Assembly (NCBI GenBank): GCA_015063785.1
Contig: SVTM01000006.1
Coordinates: 22,979 to 86,978, forward strand
DNA: 64,000 nucleotides
Direction of reading: 5' to 3'
From: Oscillospiraceae bacterium
GTDB taxonomy: Bacteria > Bacillota > Clostridia > Oscillospirales > CAG-382
Of this stretch, positions 1-7,248 are shown piece after piece. Position numbers and translations under genes: made by a program. How positions within the stretch are numbered: position 1 is the first letter of the stretch; each line of letters starts with the position of its first letter. The notes beneath the pieces are model-generated. The model was not told the origin of the DNA and ran no database searches. It was given only the letters and a program-made list of their open reading frames with translations.

Positions 1-77
1 ACATTCTCCTCGATCATCTGCCAAAGGGGAGTTTCGTCGGGCAGAATGTCGAGAGTACCTTTCGGTTTCTGAATCAT
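1..77 (-). CDS. hisS: histidine--tRNA ligase, first 25 codons only (gene runs off the left edge)
   Basis: Reverse complement of 1-77 reads MIQKPKGTLDILPDETPLWQMIEEN, the class-II HisRS N-terminal P-[KR]-G-T-x-D-x-L-P...W signature. GAAAGGA Shine-Dalgarno at 87-93. Confidence 0.6.
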   Translation of the reverse strand, partial: MIQKPKGTLDILPDETPLWQMIEEN

Positions 78-103
78 TTTATGTAATCCTTTCTGTGTGT
101 TGC

Positions 104-1210
104 TCAGATATCTGTTTTGCCGAATTCAAGAATGTCGGCAATTCTTTCGCAGGCGTGGCCATCGCCATAGGGGTTGGATGCACGGCTCATCTTATCGTAC
201 GCTTCGCGGTTAACAAGAAGCTCGCGGAAGTTTTCGTAAATAAACTGTTCGTCGGTGCCCACAAGCTTCAAAGTGCCTGCGGCAATACCCTCGGGACGCT
301 CTGTGGTATCACGCATGACAAGCACGGGCTTTCCGAGAGAGGGCGCCTCTTCCTGGATTCCGCCGGAATCTGTGATTATCATATAGCAATGGGCAAGGAA
401 GTTGTGGAAATCAAGAACTTCCAAAGGCTCGATAATTCGGATTCTGTCGCATCCTGCCAGCTCCTCGTTTGCCGCCTGGCGGACGACGGGATTCATGTGG
501 ATGGGATATATCGCCTTAACGTCGGGGTTTTCGTCGATGATGCGGCGGATGGCGCGGAACATTCTGTGCATCGGCTCACCCAGGTTTTCTCTGCGGTGAG
601 CGGTGATCATAATAAGTCGGCTTCCCTTTGCCCATTCAAGCTCGGGGTGGGTGTAGTCAGCTCTGACAGTCGTTTTAAGAGCGTCGATGGCGGTGTTGCC
701 TGTGATATAGATGCTGTTTTCGTCTTTGCCCTCGCGGATAAGATTGTCACGCGACATTTCTGTGGGCGAGAAGTTGTACTTGGCAACGATGCCCACCGCC
801 TGACGATTGAATTCTTCGGGGTATGGCGACCAGATATTGTATGTACGCAGTCCTGCCTCAACGTGGCCTACGGGGATCGAAAGATAGAAGCAGGCAAGGG
901 CGGTAACAAAGGTGGTGGAGGTGTCACCGTGAACAAGCACAACATCGGGCTTTTCCTCCTCCAGCACCGGCTTTATTCTTTCGAGAATATTCACCGTCAC
1001 GTCAAAAAGAGTCTGCTTGTCTTTCATGATTGAAAGATCGTAATCGGGAGTTACCGAAAAAGCATCCAGCACCTGATCAAGCATCTGACGGTGCTGACCC
1101 GTGACGCAAACCACGGTCTTTATTCCGTCCCTTTTTTTCAATTCATTAACAAGGGGACACATTTTTATGGCTTCGGGACGTGTGCCGAAGACCAGCATTA
1201 CTTTTTTCAT
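104..1210 (-). CDS. wecB: UDP-N-acetylglucosamine 2-epimerase (non-hydrolysing)
   Basis: ORF 104-1231. MKKVMLVFGTRPEAIKMCPL, VTGQHRQMLDQVL, HVEAGLRT and ITDSGGIQEEAPSLGKPVLVMRDTTERPEG are hallmark epimerase_2 motifs. Start moved to ATG 1210 (MKKVML). Confidence 0.9.
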   Translation of the reverse strand: MKKVMLVFGTRPEAIKMCPLVNELKKRDGIKTVVCVTGQHRQMLDQVLDAFSVTPDYDLSIMKDKQTLFDVTVNILERIKPVLEEEKPDVVLVHGDTSTTFVTALACFYLSIPVGHVEAGLRTYNIWSPYPEEFNRQAVGIVAKYNFSPTEMSRDNLIREGKDENSIYITGNTAIDALKTTVRADYTHPELEWAKGSRLIMITAHRRENLGEPMHRMFRAIRRIIDENPDVKAIYPIHMNPVVRQAANEELAGCDRIRIIEPLEVLDFHNFLAHCYMIITDSGGIQEEAPSLGKPVLVMRDTTERPEGIAAGTLKLVGTDEQFIYENFRELLVNREAYDKMSRASNPYGDGHACERIADILEFGKTDI

Positions 1211-1346
1211 TTTCTGTTCCTTTGCTTGCAAAAAAATTACATTTTTACTTAATTATATATAATACCATTTCAAAGCATATTTTGCAAGCATATTTTTGTA
1301 AAATGGAAAGATTTAGCCCGATTTTTTCAAATATTTCTTCTACATA

Positions 1347-1375
1347 TTGAAAAAGATTCGCAAAAGTGATAAAAT
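1347..1375 (+). promoter_or_regulatory. sigma-A type promoter for the HAD hydrolase gene
   Basis: TTGAAA (1347-1352), 17-nt spacer, extended -10 TGaTAAAAT (1367-1375). Confidence 0.55.
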
Positions 1376-1395
1376 ATCAGAAAAGGAGATGTGAA

Positions 1396-2055
1396 ATGCA
1401 GTACAAAAATATACTATTCGACCTTGACGGAACGCTGACAGATTCGGGGCCCGGCATTCGCAACGCCGTCCGTCACGCCCTTCATCGTTTTGGCATTGAA
1501 GAAAGCGAAAAAGAAAAACTCGACCGCTTCATCGGTCCTCCCCTTTACGACAGTTTTCAGCGTTTCTATGGCATCGACCCCGAAACCGCCAAAAACGGCG
1601 AAGAATATTTCCGCGAATACTACCGCGACATAGGAATTTTCGAAAATTCGCTGTACGACGGCATTGACGAGTGCCTTTGCGGATTGAAAACCGCTGGACT
1701 CAAGCTATATATTGCCACGTCAAAACCCGATTTTATGGCAGATCGTGTGGTGGAGCATTTTGATATCAAAAAATATTTTGACGGCATCTTCGGCGCAAAG
1801 CCCGACATGAGCATTTCATCCAAGAAGGACGTCATCACTCTTCTTCGCAACGCTCATCCTGAAATATCGACCGAAAATTCCATTATGGTGGGCGACCGCG
1901 AACACGACGTTTTCGGAGCACGCCATCACGGTATCGGCTGTATCGGCGTTTTGTGGGGCTACGGCTCGGGAAAAGAGCTGTGCGATGCAGGCGTTGTGAC
2001 GACGGCAAAAACGCCCCTTTGCCTTTCAAATTATCTGCTTGACCCCATCAGATAA
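1396..2055 (+). CDS. HAD-IA family hydrolase (phosphoglycolate phosphatase / PpaX-like)
   Basis: ILFDLDGTLTDSGPGI (motif I DxDGT), IATSKP (motif II), VGDREHDVFGA (motif IV). AGGAG RBS precedes ATG 1396, so the upstream GTG 1366 is rejected. Confidence 0.85.
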   Translation: MQYKNILFDLDGTLTDSGPGIRNAVRHALHRFGIEESEKEKLDRFIGPPLYDSFQRFYGIDPETAKNGEEYFREYYRDIGIFENSLYDGIDECLCGLKTAGLKLYIATSKPDFMADRVVEHFDIKKYFDGIFGAKPDMSISSKKDVITLLRNAHPEISTENSIMVGDREHDVFGARHHGIGCIGVLWGYGSGKELCDAGVVTTAKTPLCLSNYLLDPIR

Positions 2056-2320
2056 TTCCCGACACAATAAAAATTGCCGCGCAAAGGCAGATTCCTGCAA
2101 AAAAGCCAAGAAAAAAGGCAGGTTTGCGCGATCTTTTTGCCGTATGCTTCACTTCTGACGAAGCGTCGGCAACCACCTTACTCGCCTCGGCAATAAAGTC
2201 CTTTTCGCCTCCGGGTTTTTTTGGCAGCTTGCCCGATTTCAGCATGAAATACGCCTCGTCAAAAAGTTCGCTTCCCGTGTCTTTCAAAACGATCATTCTT
2301 CTGGAACAGCCCTTTATCAT
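2048..2320 (-). CDS. small (90 aa) protein of unknown function with a C-terminal transmembrane anchor
   Basis: AAAGGAGAAAAACTTT-ATG RBS at 2321-2336. Sequence is MIKGCSRRMIVLKDTGSELFDEAYFMLKSG...KPAFFLGFFAGICLCAAIFIVSGII. The upstream part of track ORF 2048-2482 has no RBS. Confidence 0.6.
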   Translation of the reverse strand: MIKGCSRRMIVLKDTGSELFDEAYFMLKSGKLPKKPGGEKDFIAEASKVVADASSEVKHTAKRSRKPAFFLGFFAGICLCAAIFIVSGII

Positions 2321-2440
2321 AAAGTTTTTCTCCTTTTTTGGAAATTTTTTCTCTTTAAGAGCTATTCTTTCCGTTTCACAGGGACTTATTCGCAAAAAGG
2401 CAAGTATACAAAAAATTTTCAAAAAAAGCTGAAAAACATA

Positions 2441-2469
2441 TTGACAAAGCGCATGGTGCGTGTTATAAT
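2441..2469 (+). promoter_or_regulatory. perfect-consensus sigma-A promoter for the leader and LeuA-like operon
   Basis: TTGACA (2441-2446), 17-nt spacer, TATAAT (2464-2469). Confidence 0.7.
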
Positions 2470-2523
2470 TGGCAAATAACAAACAAGTTTTTTACTTTTA
2501 TCTGGGACGAAGGAGCAATTTTT

Positions 2524-2622
2524 ATGAAAAACTCTGTTTTTTCTGCTAATATTCTTCTCCTAAGCGTTGGCGGTCTACTTATCAGCAAGTGCGGATCGGT
2601 CAGCGCTGTTTGTCGTGCCTGA
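2524..2622 (+). CDS. candidate 32-codon leader peptide / micro-protein (MKNSVFSANILLLSVGGLLISKCGSVSAVCRA)
   Basis: AGGAG at 2511-2515 lies 8 nt before ATG 2524. The ORF sits between the consensus promoter and an intrinsic terminator. 11 of 32 residues are Leu/Ile/Val, including an ILLL run. Confidence 0.35.
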   Translation: MKNSVFSANILLLSVGGLLISKCGSVSAVCRA

Positions 2623-2684
2623 ATTTTAGCTTTTTCGCCGAGTTTTTTCGGCACAAATTTCGGGCTGTTGTTTTCGTATAAAAC

Positions 2685-2720
2685 GGGACTTACGACATCT
2701 GCGCGTAAGTCCTTTTTGTT
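2685..2720 (+). terminator. rho-independent terminator / attenuator inside the 5' leader of the 2757 gene
   Basis: Stem GGGACTTACG (2685-2694) pairs with CGTAAGTCC (2704-2712), followed by TTTTTGTTTG. Confidence 0.7.
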
Positions 2721-2756
2721 TGTAATACATTTTCATTTATATAAAGGAGTATAGCT

Positions 2757-4163
2757 ATGAAAAAAGCAATTATCACCGACGTTACCCTCAGAGCCGACGC
2801 CGAAAACGGCGAAAAGCTGAGCTTCAAGGAAAAAACAGAGGTCGCAAAGCTTCTGGACAAGCTGGGAGTTGACGTCATCGAGGTCGGCGGAATTTCCGAC
2901 AGAGCCGACACTCTCTTTCTCCACACCATAGGCCCCGTTATCAAGAACAGCACCGTTTCGTGCACCGTAGGTCTTTCCGAGCAGGAAGCCGACAAGGCTT
3001 TCGAAGCTATCTCTGGCTGTGCAAAAAAGCGTCTTAACATCGCCATTCCCGCCTCCACCGTTCAGATGGAATATGTCTGCGGCAAAAAGGGCGCTGTGGT
3101 GCTTGAGATCCTTGATACCATGACAAAAAAATGCGCAAGCCTTTGCGCTGACTCGGAAGTAAGCTTCATCGACGCCACCCGTGCCGAAAAGGACTTCCTT
3201 TATACAGCAATAAAGACCGCCGTGGCAAACGGCATAAAGAACATTACCCTCTGTGACAACGCAGGCGATATGCTTCCCGACGACATGGCAGCCTTCGTTG
3301 CCGACGCGATCCGCGAGACAGAGCTTACCGACGACATCAACCTTTACGTTGAATGTTCCGACAAGCTCGGCCTTGGCATTTCGCTGGCCGCCTCCGCCAT
3401 CAAAGCAGGTGCCTGCGGCGTAAAAGCGGCTTTCGCCAAGAAAAACGCCACTTCGGTATGCGATTTTGCAAACCTTGTCAAGAGCGCCGGCGACAGACTC
3501 GGCATCTGCGCAGGCGTTGACATGACCGCCCTTTCGGACACCGAAAGCAAGATCGCAGGCATTCTCGGAATGCAAAAAAGCGTTGCCGAAAAGGCAGAGG
3601 CTGCAAAAGAAAAGACTCCTGACGATATGCTTCTTTCCGAAAACGACACCATCTCGGACATCAACGCCGCAACCGCAAAGCTTGGATATGACCTTTCGGC
3701 AGAAGACAGCGCACACGTTTACGACGAATTCAAAAAAGTTGCCGCAAAGAAAAACGTCAGCATGCACGAGCTGGATGCCATCATCGCAGCAGTGGCACTT
3801 CAGGTTCCTTCCACCTACCGTCTTAAGAGCTTCGTTATCAATAACGGCAATGTCATAACAGCCACCGCTCACATCGAGCTTACCAAAGACGGCGAGGTTC
3901 TTTCGGGCTTCTCCACAGGCGACGGCCCCATCGACGCCGCTTTCCGTGCCATCGAGCAGATCATTGGTCATCACTACGACCTCGACGATTTCAGCATCCA
4001 GGCGCTCACCGAGGGAAAAGAAGCCGTCGGCACCTCCATCGTCAAGCTTCGCGCAGCATCGGGCAAGCTTTATTCGGGACAGGGCGTTTCCACCGACATC
4101 ATTGGCGGCGCTATCAAGGCATACCTCAACGCTCTCAACAAGATCTGCTTTGAAGAAAACTGA
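2757..4163 (+). CDS. 2-isopropylmalate/citramalate synthase-like protein (HMGL-like TIM barrel plus LeuA allosteric domain) with substituted catalytic residues
   Basis: AAGGAG RBS at 2745-2750. Motif order follows LeuA: DVTLRAD, IEVGG, SFIDATR, LCDNAGDMLP, YVECSDKLGLGISLAASAIKAGA. C-terminal GDGPIDAAFRAIEQI and STDIIGGAIKAYLNALNKI match the LeuA dimerisation/regulatory domain. The canonical DTTLRDGEQ, EDAxR, DTVG and HxHND residues are replaced. Confidence 0.75.
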   Translation: MKKAIITDVTLRADAENGEKLSFKEKTEVAKLLDKLGVDVIEVGGISDRADTLFLHTIGPVIKNSTVSCTVGLSEQEADKAFEAISGCAKKRLNIAIPASTVQMEYVCGKKGAVVLEILDTMTKKCASLCADSEVSFIDATRAEKDFLYTAIKTAVANGIKNITLCDNAGDMLPDDMAAFVADAIRETELTDDINLYVECSDKLGLGISLAASAIKAGACGVKAAFAKKNATSVCDFANLVKSAGDRLGICAGVDMTALSDTESKIAGILGMQKSVAEKAEAAKEKTPDDMLLSENDTISDINAATAKLGYDLSAEDSAHVYDEFKKVAAKKNVSMHELDAIIAAVALQVPSTYRLKSFVINNGNVITATAHIELTKDGEVLSGFSTGDGPIDAAFRAIEQIIGHHYDLDDFSIQALTEGKEAVGTSIVKLRAASGKLYSGQGVSTDIIGGAIKAYLNALNKICFEEN

Positions 4164-4204
4164 TCCCCCCGATTTTCTCTTTACGAAAGGATTGAAGATA
4201 TAAA

Positions 4205-4920
4205 ATGAATCTGTCATTTTCCACAAACAGGTGGGAGAACATCTCCTTCCGTGACTTCATGGATCACGCCGTGAAATACCGTTTTTCGGGTATTGAGATA
4301 CACAACGTTTCGGCCATTGAAAACGAAGATCCCCGTCGTCTTTATCGCTCTCTCATCGAAAAAAAGCTCGTTATCTCCTGTATCGACGCCACACACTCGG
4401 TGGGCGACGATGACGGTGCAGAAGCAAGGGAGTGTATCGAGGTGGCAAGCTTCCTCCATTGTCCTTATGTGCGCATCAAGGCAGACATCGGCGAAAAGTG
4501 CATCAAAATAATCGAAAAGCTCATTGCGGCGGCAAAAAGCGCAAAGGTGGTTCTTCTTGTCGAGACCGCGGGTGACTTTGCCGACACAAAAGCTCTGCTT
4601 GAGCTTCTCAACAGCTTTTCCAGCGATTCTCTTTGCGCTCTTTGGGATCCTTACTACACCTGCCTTGCAGGCGAGACCCCCGAGGACAGCCTTAAAAATC
4701 TCGGCGCATACATAAAGCACGTTCATCTTAAAGATGCCGACAAAGAAGGAAAATGCGAGCTTGTCGGAGAAGGTGTGCTTCCCCTTTCGGAGGTCATCGA
4801 CTCTCTGCGCTCGATCAACTATGACGGTTTTATCTGTGCCGAATGGGACCCCACTTGGGCTTCCGATATTTCAGACATCGAAGTTATCCTCCCTCATTTT
4901 GAAAGCTATATGTCCCGCTA
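4205..4920 (+). other. domain: xylose isomerase-like / AP-endonuclease-2 TIM barrel portion of the fusion
   Basis: E/D/H/E metal-ligand pattern in the order typical of sugar-phosphate isomerase/epimerase family proteins. Boundaries are approximate. Confidence 0.6.
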
Positions 4921-6655
4921 TGACGACCCTTCGAAGAACAAAAACGTTCTTTACAAAACGACACGCGGCGACGGAAAATACGTTTGGAAGCGCGACAGCC
5001 TTGTGGAAAAAACTTTCTCCCAGGTGCTCGACACCATGGTTGAAAATTTTCCCGACCAGCTCGCTTTCAAGTACACCACCCTTGATTACACCCGTTCTTA
5101 CCGCCAGTTCAGAGACGACGTTGACGAATTTGCCCGCGCCCTCATTGCCATGGGCGTAAAGGCAGGCTCGCACGTAGCCCTTTGGGCAACCAACGTACCT
5201 CAGTGGTACATTGCTTTCTGGGCAACCACCAAGATCGGAGCGGTGCTTGTTACCGTAAACACCGCATACAAGATCCATGAGGCAGAATATCTGCTGCGTC
5301 AGTCGGACACGCACACCCTTATCACCGTTCAGGGATATCGCGATTCCCACTACGACGAGATCATCGCCGAACTCTGTCCCGAGCTTGAAACCCTTGCTCC
5401 CGGCAAGCGTCTGCATTCAAAGCGTCTGCCTTTTCTGCGCAATGTCGTAACCGTTGGATATACCCAAAAGGGATGCCTTACCTGGGACGATGCCCTGCAG
5501 ATGGGCAAGAGCGTTCCCGTTGAAGAAGTAAAAAGACTGGCGGCGGCGGTTAACATCCACGACGTCTGCAACATGCAGTACACCTCGGGTACCACGGGAT
5601 TCCCCAAGGGCGTTATGCTCACTCATTACAACGTTGTAAACAACGGCAAGTGCATCGGCGATCGCATGGAGCTTTCGACCGCTGACAGAATGATGATCCA
5701 GGTGCCCATGTTCCATTGCTTTGGCATGGTTCTTGCCATGACGGCAACCATGACCCACGGCGGAACACTTCTTCCCCTGCCCTATTTTTCGCCCAAGCCC
5801 GCCCTTGCCTGCGTAAACCAGGAAAAGATCACGGCTTTCCACGGCGTTCCCACCATGTTCATCGCCATGCTTGAACACAAGGATTTTGAAAAGACCGATT
5901 TTTCATATATGCGAACAGGCATCATGGCAGGTTCTCCCTGCCCCGAAGCCATCATGCAGCAGGTTATCGACAGAATGCACATGACCGACATCACCATCGT
6001 CTACGGTCAGACCGAAGCGTCCCCCGGATGCACCATGAGCTCGACCGACGACCCGATAGACGTTCGCGTTACCACCGTCGGACGCGCTCTTCCCGAGATC
6101 GAATGTAAAATCGTCGACCCCGAAACCGGCAAGGATCTTCCCGATAACGTAACGGGCGAATTTGTCGCCCGCGGCTACAATATCATGAAGGGTTATTACA
6201 AGATGCCCAAGGCAACCCGCGACACCATTGACAAGGACGGCTGGCTTCACACCGGCGACCTTGCTCTGCGCACCCCCGAGGGCAACTATCGCATCACCGG
6301 ACGCCTTAAGGACATGATCATCCGCGGAGGCGAAAACATTTACCCCAAGGAAATCGAAGAATTCATTTACACCCACCCCATGGTCAAGGACGTGCAGGTA
6401 ATCGGTGTTCCCGACGAGCAGTACGGCGAAGAAATCATGGCGTGCATCATCCTCAAAAAAGGAGAACACCTCACGGTTGACGAGATGAAGCAGTATATCC
6501 GCGATCACATGGCAAAGCACAAGGTGCCCAAGTACATCGACTTTGTCGATGCTTTCCCGATGAACGCGGCAGGCAAAATACTCAAGTACAAGATGCGCGA
6601 GGACGCGGTTGAGCGCCTTGGCATCAAGAAGGTCGAAGGTATCGTTGCGGAATAA
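4205..6655 (+). CDS. fusion protein: N-terminal xylose-isomerase-like TIM barrel and C-terminal AMP-forming acyl-CoA synthetase/ligase (ANL family)
   Basis: One uninterrupted 816-codon ORF. N-terminal motifs are VLLVETAGDF, ALWDPYY, IKHVHLKDADKEG and GFICAEWDP. C-terminal motifs are YTSGTTGFPKGVMLTH, YGQTE, GWLHTGDL, IIRGGENIYPKEIE and AAGKILK. Confidence 0.85.
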   Translation: MNLSFSTNRWENISFRDFMDHAVKYRFSGIEIHNVSAIENEDPRRLYRSLIEKKLVISCIDATHSVGDDDGAEARECIEVASFLHCPYVRIKADIGEKCIKIIEKLIAAAKSAKVVLLVETAGDFADTKALLELLNSFSSDSLCALWDPYYTCLAGETPEDSLKNLGAYIKHVHLKDADKEGKCELVGEGVLPLSEVIDSLRSINYDGFICAEWDPTWASDISDIEVILPHFESYMSRYDDPSKNKNVLYKTTRGDGKYVWKRDSLVEKTFSQVLDTMVENFPDQLAFKYTTLDYTRSYRQFRDDVDEFARALIAMGVKAGSHVALWATNVPQWYIAFWATTKIGAVLVTVNTAYKIHEAEYLLRQSDTHTLITVQGYRDSHYDEIIAELCPELETLAPGKRLHSKRLPFLRNVVTVGYTQKGCLTWDDALQMGKSVPVEEVKRLAAAVNIHDVCNMQYTSGTTGFPKGVMLTHYNVVNNGKCIGDRMELSTADRMMIQVPMFHCFGMVLAMTATMTHGGTLLPLPYFSPKPALACVNQEKITAFHGVPTMFIAMLEHKDFEKTDFSYMRTGIMAGSPCPEAIMQQVIDRMHMTDITIVYGQTEASPGCTMSSTDDPIDVRVTTVGRALPEIECKIVDPETGKDLPDNVTGEFVARGYNIMKGYYKMPKATRDTIDKDGWLHTGDLALRTPEGNYRITGRLKDMIIRGGENIYPKEIEEFIYTHPMVKDVQVIGVPDEQYGEEIMACIILKKGEHLTVDEMKQYIRDHMAKHKVPKYIDFVDAFPMNAAGKILKYKMREDAVERLGIKKVEGIVAE
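4990..6652 (+). other. domain: adenylate-forming (AMP-binding) ligase portion of the fusion
   Basis: AMP-binding signature YTSGTTGFPKG and the C-terminal subdomain lysine (AAGKILK). Boundaries are approximate. Confidence 0.8.
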
Positions 6656-6696
6656 TCCCCCTTTCGATCTGTAAAAAATTGAATGGAATATAAAGA

Positions 6697-6728
6697 GAGG
6701 AATCGCGCATTGCGATTCCTCTTTTCTT
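6697..6728 (+). terminator. rho-independent terminator of the 2757-6655 operon
   Basis: GAGGAATCGC (6697-6706) pairs with GCGATTCCTC (6712-6721), followed by TTTTCTT. Confidence 0.8.
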
Positions 6729-6735
6729 GTAGACA

Positions 6736-6773
6736 ACAAAAACGGCGGAGATTTCTCCGCCGTTTGTTTTTTT
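6736..6773. terminator. bidirectional terminator (serves nifU on the minus strand)
   Basis: ACGGCGGAGA (6742-6751) pairs with TCTCCGCCGT (6754-6763). An A-run lies on one side and TTGTTTTTTT on the other. Confidence 0.75.
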
Positions 6774-6781
6774 GTGATTAT

Positions 6782-7225
6782 TCAGTGCTTGTCGCACGAG
6801 CAATGCTCGCAACAGCCGTCGCAAGCAGAATCAAGCTTTTCAGCTTCTTCGATCTTGCCGATGCTTCTGAAGTAGTTGGCAAGAGCTGCCTTAACTGCTT
6901 CTTCTGCCAACACCGAGCAGTGAACCTTCACCGGCGGAAGTCCGTCGAGAGCCTCGATAACCGCCTTGTTGGTGAGAGCAAGGGCGTCTTCAACAGTCTT
7001 GCCCTTAATAAGTTCTGTTGCCATAGAGGATGTGGCGATGGCCGCACAGCATCCGAACGTCTGGAATTTGATGTCTGTTATCGTGTCGTTTTCTATTTTC
7101 ATATATATCTTCATGATATCGCCGCACTTTGCGTTGCCGACTTCGCCGACAGCGTTTGCGTCTTCGATCACGCCGACATTACGGGGATTCATGAAATGGT
7201 CCATGACCTTTTCGCTGTATTCCAT
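6782..7225 (-). CDS. nifU: Fe-S cluster assembly scaffold, NifU N-terminal/IscU type, with a Cys/His-rich C-terminal tail
   Basis: Three scaffold cysteines in GNAKCGD, FGCCAAIATS and VHCSVLAEEA. AGGAGA RBS present. Tail ends ...SACDGCCEHCSCDKH. Confidence 0.9.
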   Translation of the reverse strand: MEYSEKVMDHFMNPRNVGVIEDANAVGEVGNAKCGDIMKIYMKIENDTITDIKFQTFGCCAAIATSSMATELIKGKTVEDALALTNKAVIEALDGLPPVKVHCSVLAEEAVKAALANYFRSIGKIEEAEKLDSACDGCCEHCSCDKH

Positions 7226-7248
7226 TTTTTCTCCTTTCGGTTTCAGTT

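Noticed and set aside
95-1033. 312-aa ORF on the plus strand.
   Set aside because: It is antisense to wecB. Similar shadow ORFs (13411-14583, 19943-20950, 41813-43177, 47855-48613, 48770-50008, 56525-57409 and others) were rejected for the same reason.
2477-2756. Possible T-box or other known riboswitch in the leader of the LeuA-like gene.
   Set aside because: I could find no T-box core (GGTGGTACCGCG-like), no AGAGA/GA-motif stem I features, and no other riboswitch core I recognise. A cmscan would be needed for certainty.
2733-4226. 497-aa ORF on the minus strand.
   Set aside because: It is antisense to the LeuA-like gene and would run through that gene's RBS and leader terminator. It has no motifs.
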